This document shows, one piece after another, positions 27,227 to 36,906 of a DNA stretch of 64,000 nucleotides. The notes below the pieces were generated by a model that did no database searches, was not told the DNA's origin, and was given only the letters and a program-made list of their open reading frames with translations. The stretch comes from Candidatus Binatia bacterium (GTDB lineage: Bacteria > Desulfobacterota > Binatia > HRBIN30): assembly GCA_038245295.1 (NCBI GenBank), contig JBBRSP010000025.1:20562-84561 (forward strand), written 5' to 3'. Numbering within the stretch: the first letter of the stretch is position 1; every line of letters starts with the position of its first letter. Both the position numbers and the translations under genes were made by a program.

Positions 27227-27904
27227 ATGAAGATCAAGCGGACCCGTAGTGGTCGGGCGACTCTGCCGGGCGTTCTCGGCGATGAGTCCGTGCGCAGCCG
27301 GATCATCCGAGGTGCCGCGGCAGCATTTGCGCGACGTGGCGTTTCAGACTGCACGGTCCAACACATTCTGCACGAAGCGACGATTTCGCGCCGCACGTTC
27401 TACCAGTACTTCGATGACAAGGAGCATGTGTTGGACGCACTTTTCGGGGTTGCGACCGATCTCCTCGTCCAACGCGTGCGCGCCGCCGTGCTCAGCGTTG
27501 CCGATCCGGTTGAGAGGCTCGAGCGCGGCGTCGAGGCCTACCTCGAGTTGCAGCAGCACGGTGGGCCGCTGGTCTCCGTGCTGCACGCTGAGGCCATCCA
27601 TCCTGAGTCGCGCCTCGCCTCTCGCCGCGAACACACCCGGAATGAGCTCGCCCAGCTGTTCGCCGAACACGTTCAGGAGACGCAAGCGCATACGGTCGAT
27701 CCACTGGTCTTTCACGGCTTGCTGCTGGCGATGGAGGGGCTGATGCTCCACATGTGTCAGCATGGCGCATTCGATGCAGTGGCGGCGGCTCGCCTGCAGA
27801 GGGTCATTGTCCCGTTGATGGTGCGCGTCGTTGCCGCCCCCGGGGCGAAGTTGCCGGCGCTGCCACGGCCACCAAGTGGTACACAGCGGACGAAGAGGGC
27901 ATGA
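27227..27904 (+). CDS. TetR/AcrR family transcriptional regulator
   Basis: RIIRGAAAAFARRG...ISRRTFYQYFDDKE. Confidence 0.9.
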   Translation: MKIKRTRSGRATLPGVLGDESVRSRIIRGAAAAFARRGVSDCTVQHILHEATISRRTFYQYFDDKEHVLDALFGVATDLLVQRVRAAVLSVADPVERLERGVEAYLELQQHGGPLVSVLHAEAIHPESRLASRREHTRNELAQLFAEHVQETQAHTVDPLVFHGLLLAMEGLMLHMCQHGAFDAVAAARLQRVIVPLMVRVVAAPGAKLPALPRPPSGTQRTKRA

Positions 27905-27964
27905 GGAACGGCAATGACATGATCCGACGCCGGCCCGTCGCGATCAGCGTGCCCGCATGGCGCG

Positions 27965-28963
27965 TCAGTATTGGACCAGCGCCACCGATGTGGCTGAACT
28001 CGTCAAGTTTCGATACGCCGCATCGGCCACGAGGATGCCGGCAAGATCGCTAGTGGCCGTGCCTGGCGCAGGCACAAAGATCACGGTCAAATCCTGCCAC
28101 AACGGCTTCTGTAGAAACGGCTCGCGGGCACCGTCGTCGCCTTCCGAGAGCACATCGGCAACCGTCCAGCCGGCATAACCGATGGTTAGATCGCTGCGGC
28201 CTTTCACCTCGGCAAGAAAGACTTCGGCGGCGGAACGTGAGACCGCCGCGTGCAGGATCAAGACAGGCGGCTGCAGTTGCGGGGTGAAAAGCGCCCGCAG
28301 GCCGTCGTAGCTGGACTTCACAAGCCGCTCGCAATTCACCAGGCATTCTTGAAACCCGAAGTATCCATCCTCGCCGATGGCCCGGCGCTTGATGTCGATC
28401 TCGTCGAAGTAGCGATCGCGGCTGGCGTCGACCATATGGAGAATCGCTTTGGCGGAAGGATAGAACGGCATCGTCATGCCTTGATGCACCCAGGGTTGGT
28501 TCCATTCTCTTCCGCGAGTTGGCCCGGCTTGGGGCGGTGTCGAAACAATCGTCGGGCCTGAACCCCGAAACACCAGCGCCGTTGCCATGGCGACGTGTGC
28601 TACCTTTTGTGCCGCAAAAAGCTGATAGCGGTACATCAAGATCGTCGAGGGAACGTCGCGCAGCGTGAACCAATTGAAGGCTACGAGTGGTCGGTCGAGA
28701 TCCATGCAGCGGTCGCGCGCGACGACCAGGCTGGCAGCGGCGGGCTTGCCCGAGGCCAGCATTCGCCCTTCGCCGCGCAGATCAATACGTAGCTCCGCAT
28801 TGACGCTGCACCCCGGCTTGAGAGGCGCCGCCAACGCTTGAACGCCGCGCGGCGGCTTGACCGAGGGCGCGTCGGCTCGAATCACAGGCCACAAGAACCA
28901 CAGCACCGCCCCGACGACGACGACCAGGAACACCATCAACGCCCGCAACATCCATCTCAGCAT
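27965..28963 (-). CDS. Hypothetical protein with N-terminal membrane anchor
   Basis: 332-aa ORF, hydrophobic N-terminus, GGAG RBS. Confidence 0.6.
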   Translation of the reverse strand: MLRWMLRALMVFLVVVVGAVLWFLWPVIRADAPSVKPPRGVQALAAPLKPGCSVNAELRIDLRGEGRMLASGKPAAASLVVARDRCMDLDRPLVAFNWFTLRDVPSTILMYRYQLFAAQKVAHVAMATALVFRGSGPTIVSTPPQAGPTRGREWNQPWVHQGMTMPFYPSAKAILHMVDASRDRYFDEIDIKRRAIGEDGYFGFQECLVNCERLVKSSYDGLRALFTPQLQPPVLILHAAVSRSAAEVFLAEVKGRSDLTIGYAGWTVADVLSEGDDGAREPFLQKPLWQDLTVIFVPAPGTATSDLAGILVADAAYRNLTSSATSVALVQY

Positions 28964-29017
28964 GCGCGCACTCCACTCCCGCTCCGAATCAGCCGACGCT
29001 GAAAACGAAGCACACGA

Positions 29018-29947
29018 TCACCTCTCCGGTGCGGATCCACCCGCGGCTACACCATCGGCCGCGTCGCCCGCAAGCCAGCGGCGCAGCTCGGTGCGAAAGC
29101 GCGGGTTCATCGGTGTGCTGCGATGCGTGCCGCCGTCAATGACGATGATTTTGTGGTGTGGCAGGACGCCGGCCAGCGCGTCGACGCCGGAGCGCATGGC
29201 ATCGGCGCTGCCGATGAGGCTGAGCACCGGCACGTCGACGGCGCGCAACTCGGACTCCGTCACCGTCAGCGCGCCTAGCGACTGAGCAAGGGCACCGACA
29301 GCGCGCGTGTCCAACAGTGACCTGGCGCCGAAATCCACAATAGCTGCTCGCAGGGGCCCGACGTCACTGCCGGGATTCAGGAACCCGACGAGTGCCGAGA
29401 ACCCGATGCCATGGCGGAAGGCACTGCCAAGCACGTCGTAAACATTGAGCGCACTGGGGTCGGGGCGCTGCCAGCCGAAACCGCAGACGGCGGCCCGCAG
29501 CACGCGTTCCGGATGTCGGGTCAACAGTTTCAGCGTGATGAATCCGCCCATGCTGTAGCCCACCACATGGGCGCGCGTGATGCGCAGATGATCCAGAAGG
29601 CGAACGACGTCCTCTACCATTTCCTCGCCATAGGCCGCCGTGTCCGTTGGCTTACCGGATCGGCCATGGCCGCGCGCGTCGATCGTGATGACTCGGAACT
29701 GCTTGGCGAGCTCGTCGACGACGCCAGTGAAGCGCCAGTTCAGGTTACCGGTTGCCGCAAAGCCGTGGACCAACACGACGGGTTCACCGGCTCCTTCGTC
29801 GGTGTAATGGATCGCGACGCCGGCGGAGTCGAAGTAGTGCCCCTCAGGCCCGAGCCAGAACGGCCCCGAGAACCAGCGCCACCCGGCGCCCAACGCAACC
29901 GCTACGACGAGCCCTGCCCCGATCAACCACCAGCGGAGCCGCGACAT
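29018..29947 (-). CDS. Alpha/beta hydrolase
   Basis: VVLVHGF, DARGHGRS, GYSMGG nucleophile elbow. Confidence 0.9.
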   Translation of the reverse strand: MSRLRWWLIGAGLVVAVALGAGWRWFSGPFWLGPEGHYFDSAGVAIHYTDEGAGEPVVLVHGFAATGNLNWRFTGVVDELAKQFRVITIDARGHGRSGKPTDTAAYGEEMVEDVVRLLDHLRITRAHVVGYSMGGFITLKLLTRHPERVLRAAVCGFGWQRPDPSALNVYDVLGSAFRHGIGFSALVGFLNPGSDVGPLRAAIVDFGARSLLDTRAVGALAQSLGALTVTESELRAVDVPVLSLIGSADAMRSGVDALAGVLPHHKIIVIDGGTHRSTPMNPRFRTELRRWLAGDAADGVAAGGSAPER

Positions 29948-29949
29948 GA

Positions 29950-30381
29950 TCAGGCCGGTTCGAACCAGCTTTGCATCACCATGGCAACCGTGATGTCGCC
30001 ACCGAGCTTGAGCTTGCCGGTCATGAACGCCTCCTGGCCGTTGAGCTTGCCGGCAACGAGTCGAATAAAGCTCGGCACGGATAACGTCAGGGTCACGTTG
30101 GCAACGGCCGGCGTCCCCTTCGAGAGTGAACAAGCACCGTTGGCGACCGTGATCTGGTAGCTGCGCGTGACATCCGGGGCGGTCACGTCGTACTGGATTA
30201 CCGTGCTCTTGCCGGCAGCTTTTGCGGGCTGAAACGCCGCTACCATTCCCTCAAACACGGTGGCGAGAACCGCGTCGACTCCGCCCTGGGCTTCAAGGCC
30301 GCTCTTGATCTCCTCATCCGATCGTCCCTCGATCATGGTCGCGAGCTCGGCGCGTCGCTGCTGTGCGTTGCCGTCAATCAT
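29950..30381 (-). CDS. SCP2 sterol-binding domain protein
   Basis: GKLNGQEAFMTGKLKLGGD; GAAGGAG RBS. Confidence 0.9.
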   Translation of the reverse strand: MIDGNAQQRRAELATMIEGRSDEEIKSGLEAQGGVDAVLATVFEGMVAAFQPAKAAGKSTVIQYDVTAPDVTRSYQITVANGACSLSKGTPAVANVTLTLSVPSFIRLVAGKLNGQEAFMTGKLKLGGDITVAMVMQSWFEPA

Positions 30382-30650
30382 CTTCGTGTCTCCTTCCTTC
30401 GCCAAAACGATCCCGCCCTCTTTTCTCGTCGCGCGGTATACACAGCGTATACTTCAACGAAAGGGACTTCAAGGGGACGGCTAGCGGTGCATGCTGGAGG
30501 AACCTGAACAGCAACGACGCCGAAGCCTTCCGCGGGAGCCTGGGAGTTGCTGTTCACGCTTGGACCGTCAGACATCACCGGCGCCGCGCAAGGGATCATC
30601 AATCCGATTGCCATCAAGTAGGATGCGGCGACGGGTCAGGTGCCTAGACC

Positions 30651-30692
30651 GATTCATCAACGCGACACCGGGCCGTCAAGCAACTGTCACTT
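30651..30692 (+). promoter_or_regulatory. Pho-box-like array upstream of the aminotransferase/GT/psd operon
   Basis: GATTCATCAAC GCGACACCGGG CCGTCAAGCAA CTGTCAC: four units in 11-bp register. Confidence 0.6.
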
Positions 30693-30785
30693 GAAGCGTC
30701 CCTCTATGTCTGCGTCCGGTAACCGCGCGTTCATCGTTTGGCGTTACCCTCCGCACAAGGCTGTTGCCTTGGGAGGCGCGAGACG

Positions 30786-32501
30786 ATGTTGTTTTCCTCG
30801 TCCTATGTCCTGTCGATCCCGGCGTTTGTTGCGTTGGCACCGCGATTCTATCGACGCCTGCAGCTCTCCCGCGCCAAACATCCCTCTCTAACCGGCCACG
30901 CCAAATGGTCGCGCCGCATGGCGCGTCTGGTTCCCTTCTTCGAATACGACGAGGATTCGTTCTTCGTCAGTGACGCGGCACCGGATGCGATCGGGCACAT
31001 GCGTCGCGCCGGCCTCGAGCAGCTGCGCCGCGGGGTTCGCGAGAGCTCGCCGACGTCGGTGCGGATGAACGAGTCGCTGCAAGATGACATCTCCGACGTG
31101 CGTTTCACGACCGCCTACCGCGTGCCGTTTCCGTACCGCAATCGTGTCCCGAAGGAGCTTCGGTACGGCTCGATCGCCGACGAGACGCGCGGCGTGCAGA
31201 TCAAGGATATCGACGGCAACTGGCGCTACGACCTGTCGGGATCGTACGGCGTCAACGTCTTCGGCTACGACTTCTACAAAGACTGTATCGCCAAGGGGAG
31301 TGCCAAGGTTGCAGCCCTCGGCCCCGTGCTTGGGCCCTACCACCCACTGATCCGCGACAACGTCGAGCGGCTGAAGTCGATCTCCGGCCTCGATGAAGTG
31401 TCGTTCCACATGTCGGGGACCGAGGCGGTCATGCAAGCCGTCCGTCTGGCGCGCTACCACACACGTCGCACCCATCTCGTGCGTTTCTGCGGCGCCTACC
31501 ACGGCTGGTGGGATGGGGTTCAGCCCGGCGTCGGGAACGCGCGTAAAGTCGACGACGTCTACACGTTGGCCGATCTCAGTGATCGTTCGCTGCGTGTTCT
31601 GGAAACGCGTGATGACATCGCCTGCGTCTTGATCAATCCGCTGCAAGCGCTGCACCCGAATGCCGACAGCCCCGGCGATGGCACACTCATCGCCAGTGAT
31701 CGCACCGCCACTTTCGACCGCACCCGTTACACCGAGTGGCTCCTGCGGATCCGCGACGTGTGCAGCCGCAAGAACATTGTCCTGATCTTCGACGAGGTCT
31801 TCACGGGCTTTCGTCTGGCCCGCCGCGGCGCTCAGCAATACTTCGGCATCGAGGCCGACATGGTGACGTACGGCAAGACGCTGGGCGGCGGGTTGCCCGT
31901 CGGCGTCCTGTGCGGTCGCCACGATCTCATGGAGCGCTTTCGCGAGGATGCTCCGGCCGACATCTCCTTCGCTCGCGGCACCTTCAATTCCCACCCATAC
32001 GTCCTGGGGGCGATGAACGAGTTCCTCGAGCGTCTCGACTCTCCGGAGATCCGCCAGCGCTACAGCGATCTCGATAGCGTGTGGAAGGCGCGAGTCGCCG
32101 AGCTCAATCGGCGGCTCAAAGTAGCCGACCTGCCGGTTCAGGTAGCCAACATGCAGACCGTGCTGACGGTCCTCTACGAGACGCCGAGTCGTTACAACTG
32201 GATGTTCCAATTTTACCTGCGAGCCGCCGGGCTCGAGCTGGGTTGGATCGGCAGCGGACGTTTCATCATGAGCCTCGACTACTCGGAGGACGATTTCCGC
32301 GAGGTCATGGAGCGGTTCGTGCGCGCCGCCGCGCGCATGAAGCAGGATCAGTGGTGGTGGCATTCTCCGGGTCTCACCAACAAGGCGATCAAAAGAATGA
32401 TGACGCGAGACATGCTCAAGGCGCGCTTTCCGTGGCTGCGGAACCTGCTTTCGCCACCCGCGGTACCTGGTCGGGTGCGGCATGTCGGAGAGGTTGATTA
32501 G
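30786..32501 (+). CDS. Class III PLP-dependent aminotransferase (GSA-aminomutase-like, with long N-terminal extension)
   Basis: SGTEAVM, YHGW, LIFDEVFTGFR, TYGKTLGGGLPVG, GTFNSHP; GGAGG RBS. Confidence 0.9.
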   Translation: MLFSSSYVLSIPAFVALAPRFYRRLQLSRAKHPSLTGHAKWSRRMARLVPFFEYDEDSFFVSDAAPDAIGHMRRAGLEQLRRGVRESSPTSVRMNESLQDDISDVRFTTAYRVPFPYRNRVPKELRYGSIADETRGVQIKDIDGNWRYDLSGSYGVNVFGYDFYKDCIAKGSAKVAALGPVLGPYHPLIRDNVERLKSISGLDEVSFHMSGTEAVMQAVRLARYHTRRTHLVRFCGAYHGWWDGVQPGVGNARKVDDVYTLADLSDRSLRVLETRDDIACVLINPLQALHPNADSPGDGTLIASDRTATFDRTRYTEWLLRIRDVCSRKNIVLIFDEVFTGFRLARRGAQQYFGIEADMVTYGKTLGGGLPVGVLCGRHDLMERFREDAPADISFARGTFNSHPYVLGAMNEFLERLDSPEIRQRYSDLDSVWKARVAELNRRLKVADLPVQVANMQTVLTVLYETPSRYNWMFQFYLRAAGLELGWIGSGRFIMSLDYSEDDFREVMERFVRAAARMKQDQWWWHSPGLTNKAIKRMMTRDMLKARFPWLRNLLSPPAVPGRVRHVGEVD

Positions 32502-35307
32502 GATGGTCAGTATCGTCGACGACCTCGGCACCGGGCGATTTCGCCGCGCTCTCAAAGACGAATTCCGCCGCTTTTTGCAAATGGAATCAGCGCGCTTTCC
32601 CGCCGACCAATGCCTGCGCGTCGATCTGCACTGCCACGACCACAACAGCGACATTCCCGACGAGCTCTGGGGCAGGATCCTGCGATTGCCCGAGACCTGG
32701 CTGGAGACAAAGCGGCTCGTCGAAGTGTTGCAGCGCAATGGCTCGGACGTGATCACGATCACCAACCATAACAACGCGCGATCATGCTGGGACCTACAGG
32801 ATGCCGGACACGACGTCTTGACGGGCAGCGAGTTCACCTGCCACTTCACAGAATACGACCTCTTTCTGCACGTGCTGACGTATGGCTTCGATCGTCGGCA
32901 GGAGGTCGAGCTGAACAGCAAGCGCCGCGACATCTTCTCCTTCCTGCGCTACGCGCACGAGAACAACCTGCCCGTCGTCCTGCCTCACCCCCTCTACTTC
33001 TACACGTCCGTCGAGCGGATCGATCTCGAGCTCTTCGAGAAGCTCGCCGTGATGTTCCAGCGCTTTGAGGTCCTCAACGGCCAACGCGATCTGTGGCAGA
33101 GCATCCTGACGCTCAACTGGGCGCAAACCCTCACGGCGGAGAAGATCGATCATTACGCCAGGAAGCATCGACTCAACCCCGGCGAATTCGGTGTCGACCC
33201 GGCTCTCCCCAAGGTGCTCACCGGCGGATCAGATGACCACTTCGGCGTGTTTGCGGGGACCTGCGGGTCGCGGCTGTACGTCCCAAACCTGAAAGAGCGA
33301 CTGCGCACCGAGCGGCGATCCGCCCTGGCGCTGGAGGCCCTTCGTGCCGGACGCGTCGCGCCGTTCGGTCACGTCGCCGAAAACCAGAAGCTTACCATCG
33401 CGCTGCTCGACTACTTTTCGCAGGTCGCCACGAAGATCGAAGACCCCGGCCTGCTGCGTGTCGCTCTGCATCGCGGCGAGACCTCGGACAAGTTGGCGTG
33501 TCTCGCGATCGGCAATCTTCTCCTCGAAGTGCGCAAGCACCGGCACACGCGCAAGTTCTTCAACTTGATCCACGATGCCCTGCGGGGCAAACGACCGAGC
33601 CGGCTGCTGCGATGGCAGGTTTCGAAGGACTACCGCTTCTGTCTCGATCACCTCGACCGCATCGCCGTGAGCACCCAGGGCTCTCCGGAGCATTACATCG
33701 AAACGGTGAACAGCGCCTTGTCACAGCTGTTCACCGAACTGACTTCTCTCATCATTAAGCGGGTGCAGAAGGCAACGGCGGAGAACCCGTCTAAGCGCCT
33801 CGAGAAACTCTCCACGGAGGAGCTCATTCGCAAGTTCGAGGTGCCGAGCCAACTGACCTCTCTCTTCGTGGGTGATGCCAGCCGGCGCCCCGACATGAGC
33901 GACTTCGACGTCACGAAGATCCTCGAGAGCCTGTCGTTTCCCGTCTTCATGAACCTTATTGTCGCCGGTGCGACGGTTGCCAGCACGCGGGTTCTCTATA
34001 CGAACCGGCGCTTCCTCAACGAGTTCGCCCAACACCTCGGCATGGGCCATCACGAGAAGCGGGCTCTGTATCTGACCGACACGCTACGTGACAGAAATGG
34101 CGTCTCGAATTCTCTCTCCGGCAAGCTGGCGGAGATTCAACGACTCGACCTGCCGGTCGACTTCCTGATCTGTGACGCGAAGGCCGCCGAGGAGCCGCAT
34201 CTACGGGTCGTTCGGCCGCTGATGACCTTCACGGTGAGCGAGTATGGTGAGCAGGAGTTCCGCGTCCCCGACCCGATGGAGATAGCCGCCATCTTCTATC
34301 GCGGCGGCTACGATCGCATCGTCTGCTCCACCGAGGGGCCGATGGCATGTGTCGCCCTCTTCCTGAAGTTCATGTTCAACGCCCCGAGCTACTTCTTCAT
34401 GCACACCGACTGGATCGACTTCGCCAAGCACAACACCGATCTCGACCATCACGAACGCGACCGTATTCGTCGTCTGCTGCGGGCGTTGTACAAGCAATTC
34501 GAAGGGGTGTTCGTTCTCAACAGCGATCACCGCGAGTGGTTGACCGGACACGAGATGCAATTGGATGCGGACAAGGTTCTCCTCACCGCGCACCACGCGC
34601 AACCGCGCCACCCGACCGCGCAGCCGATCAACAAGGCGGAGCTCTTCCCTGACGCCACCGCCGCTACGCCGATCCTCTTCACTGCCTGTCGACTCAGCCG
34701 CGAGAAAGGCATCTTCGAGTTGCCGGAGATCGTGGCGCGAGCCAGAAAATCTCTGCCCAACCTGAAGATCGTCATCGCCGGCACCGGACCGGCGGAAGCC
34801 GAATTGAAAGCCACCCTGCCGGACGCGCGCTTTCTTGGATGGGTCGATCGGCAGCGCCTCGCGGAGCTCTACCTCGGGCTTGATCTATTCGTGTTCCCGT
34901 CGCGCTTCGATACCTTCGGCAACGTCGTCCTCGAAGCGCTGGCGCACGGCATGCCCGCCATCGCGTACAACTGCAAAGGACCGAAGGACATCCTCGAAGA
35001 CGGACACAGCGGTTACCTTGTCGACACCATCGAGGCGATGGGTGACCGCATCGCGTACCATTTCCTGGTTCCCGAGGGACAAGGGACCATGCGGCAAAAC
35101 GCGATGGCACGTGCCGCGGCGTATCAGGCTGAGCCGATCATGCGGCGGTTCATGGATGATCTTGGGCTTGGCGAGAGCTTGGTCGGGCAATCGGCGCCGT
35201 TCGTCGCTGCGCACTCTGATGGGACCAATAAGACCGATGAGACTGATGGGACCGATGATGAGCTCGGGTTCATCAGCGCGCCGATGCGGGAGAGATCGGT
35301 TGCCTGA
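32482..35307 (+). CDS. Fusion of PHP-type metallophosphoesterase domain and GT4 glycosyltransferase
   Basis: DLHCHD, ITNHN, GSEF, PHP, GGSDDH; C-terminal RLSREKG, FPSRFDTFGNVVLEALAHG. Confidence 0.88.
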   Translation: MSERLIRMVSIVDDLGTGRFRRALKDEFRRFLQMESARFPADQCLRVDLHCHDHNSDIPDELWGRILRLPETWLETKRLVEVLQRNGSDVITITNHNNARSCWDLQDAGHDVLTGSEFTCHFTEYDLFLHVLTYGFDRRQEVELNSKRRDIFSFLRYAHENNLPVVLPHPLYFYTSVERIDLELFEKLAVMFQRFEVLNGQRDLWQSILTLNWAQTLTAEKIDHYARKHRLNPGEFGVDPALPKVLTGGSDDHFGVFAGTCGSRLYVPNLKERLRTERRSALALEALRAGRVAPFGHVAENQKLTIALLDYFSQVATKIEDPGLLRVALHRGETSDKLACLAIGNLLLEVRKHRHTRKFFNLIHDALRGKRPSRLLRWQVSKDYRFCLDHLDRIAVSTQGSPEHYIETVNSALSQLFTELTSLIIKRVQKATAENPSKRLEKLSTEELIRKFEVPSQLTSLFVGDASRRPDMSDFDVTKILESLSFPVFMNLIVAGATVASTRVLYTNRRFLNEFAQHLGMGHHEKRALYLTDTLRDRNGVSNSLSGKLAEIQRLDLPVDFLICDAKAAEEPHLRVVRPLMTFTVSEYGEQEFRVPDPMEIAAIFYRGGYDRIVCSTEGPMACVALFLKFMFNAPSYFFMHTDWIDFAKHNTDLDHHERDRIRRLLRALYKQFEGVFVLNSDHREWLTGHEMQLDADKVLLTAHHAQPRHPTAQPINKAELFPDATAATPILFTACRLSREKGIFELPEIVARARKSLPNLKIVIAGTGPAEAELKATLPDARFLGWVDRQRLAELYLGLDLFVFPSRFDTFGNVVLEALAHGMPAIAYNCKGPKDILEDGHSGYLVDTIEAMGDRIAYHFLVPEGQGTMRQNAMARAAAYQAEPIMRRFMDDLGLGESLVGQSAPFVAAHSDGTNKTDETDGTDDELGFISAPMRERSVA
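35218..35256. repeat. 9-bp tandem array inside the GT tail
   Basis: GATGGGACC AATAAGACC GATGAGACT GATGGGACC, encoding DGTNKTDETDGT. Confidence 0.65.
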
Positions 35308-36196
35308 GGTCGCGGCACATAAGTTGATCAGTTCGTGGACCCAGCAGGAGCAGCTGAACTTCCTGCTGACCAACCGCATCCCGCGCCGTCTGCTGACGCG
35401 CTTCATGGGTTGGTACAGCGCCATCGAGAGTCCGACCTTAACGCGTTTGTCGATCGCGGTGTGGAAACTCTTCTCGGATGATCTGAACTTCGAAGAATCC
35501 CGAAGGCGGACCTTTCGAAGCCTGCAAGAATGCTTCATCCGCGAATTGAAGGAGGGGGCACGACCGATCGACCCGCGCCGTGACATTGCGGTGAGTCCGT
35601 GCGACGCCATCGTCGGGGCGTGCGGTAGAGTCGAAGGAACGCGTATCTTTCAGGCCAAAGGTTTTCCCTACGATCTTGCCGATCTCATTCCGGATCCGCG
35701 GCTGCGATCCAAATATCGCGACGGCATCTACGTGACGTTGCGCCTCCGGTCGAGCATGTATCATCGCTTCCACGCACCAGTGGACTGCCGCGTCGAAGAG
35801 ATCGCGTACATCTCGGGTGACACCTGGAACGTCAATCCGATCGCGCTGCAGAGGATCGAGAAGCTCTATTGCAAGAACGAACGCGCGGTTGTCGAGCTGA
35901 AGCTGGATGCCGCCGAGCACGACGGCAGATCTCGCAGCATGGCGCTCGTTCCGGTGGCGGCGATCCTGGTGGCCAGCATGAAGTTCCACTGCCTGCTCGA
36001 GCCATTGGATCTCCAATACCGCGGCCCGACCCGTATCCCCTGTAGCGCCAGATATCGCCGCGGCGAGGAACTCGGGTACTTCCAACAGGGCTCGACCATC
36101 ATCGTGTTTGCAACGGACAACTATCGACTGGCCGATGGCGTGACGACAGGCAGTCATATCGCCATGGGGCAGGCGCTTTTGGAGGAAGAGAAATGA
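35300..36196 (+). CDS. psd: Phosphatidylserine decarboxylase family proenzyme
   Basis: FIRELK.GARPID, SPCD, YHRFHAP, NER, GYFQQGST cleavage motif; TTG start overlapping the GT stop is inferred. Confidence 0.9.
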   Translation: MPEVAAHKLISSWTQQEQLNFLLTNRIPRRLLTRFMGWYSAIESPTLTRLSIAVWKLFSDDLNFEESRRRTFRSLQECFIRELKEGARPIDPRRDIAVSPCDAIVGACGRVEGTRIFQAKGFPYDLADLIPDPRLRSKYRDGIYVTLRLRSSMYHRFHAPVDCRVEEIAYISGDTWNVNPIALQRIEKLYCKNERAVVELKLDAAEHDGRSRSMALVPVAAILVASMKFHCLLEPLDLQYRGPTRIPCSARYRRGEELGYFQQGSTIIVFATDNYRLADGVTTGSHIAMGQALLEEEK

Positions 36197-36240
36197 ACAT
36201 CGATGCGAAACGAAACGCTCGCGAAAGGGAGGAGGAGGCC

Positions 36241-36867
36241 ATGGGCTTTATCGAGGAGTTGCATCAACAGCGTTGGGACGATCACCGCTTCTATCATCAC
36301 AATCGCGTCAACCAGTCACTGCACCTGTTGAGTGCGATGTGTTTCGTGACCAGTTATGTCCTGCTGTTCATCCATCCCGCCGCCGCGGTGTTCATCGGAT
36401 GGTTGCTGGCCATGGTCTTGCGCCAGGCGGGACATTTCTTCTTCGAGCCGCAGGGCTATGACGAGGTCAACCAGATGACACACGCGCACAAGGAGAGCGT
36501 CAAGGTCGGCTACAATCTCCAGCGCAAGGTAGTATTGCTGTCGATCTGGATCGCCGCGCCCGTCGTCCTCTACTTCGAGCCGACCCTCTTCCGCCTGTTG
36601 CGCGCGCCGAGCGATGCCTGGGCCTTCCTCGACAATCTGGCATCTGTGTGGCTCGTGATCGGTATGGGTGCGGTCGTCTTCCGCACCGTCCATCTGTTCT
36701 TTCTAAAGAGTGTGCAGTCGGGCCTCGTCTGGTGCACCAAGATTCTCACCGACCCGTTCCACGACATCAAGATTTATCACAAGGCGCCGTACTATATGCT
36801 GCGTGGTGAGATGTACGACGATATGTCGGATTGGTACGACGGGTCGGTGCACGCCGGCGCGAGATAG
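36241..36867 (+). CDS. Mpo1/DUF962-like membrane protein
   Basis: YHHNRVNQSLH...QAGHFFFE His motifs, TM helices; GGAGGAGG RBS. Confidence 0.7.
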   Translation: MGFIEELHQQRWDDHRFYHHNRVNQSLHLLSAMCFVTSYVLLFIHPAAAVFIGWLLAMVLRQAGHFFFEPQGYDEVNQMTHAHKESVKVGYNLQRKVVLLSIWIAAPVVLYFEPTLFRLLRAPSDAWAFLDNLASVWLVIGMGAVVFRTVHLFFLKSVQSGLVWCTKILTDPFHDIKIYHKAPYYMLRGEMYDDMSDWYDGSVHAGAR

Positions 36868-36898
36868 GACGTATGGGTCCTAGGGGTCCAATGGCCCG
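36863..36898. repeat. 9-bp tandem array at the 3' flank of the four-helix-bundle gene
   Basis: GATAGGACG TATGGGTCC TAGGGGTCC AATGGCCCG. Confidence 0.65.
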
Positions 36899-36906
36899 AG
36901 GGGATC

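Noticed and set aside
30786..32501. Calling the aminotransferase hemL
   Set aside because: Much longer than HemL, divergent motifs, lipid-gene context with no hem genes
34835..35299. Long N-terminal extension of Psd in the ORF track
   Set aside because: Lies within the GT coding sequence in another frame; Psd homology begins after 35300
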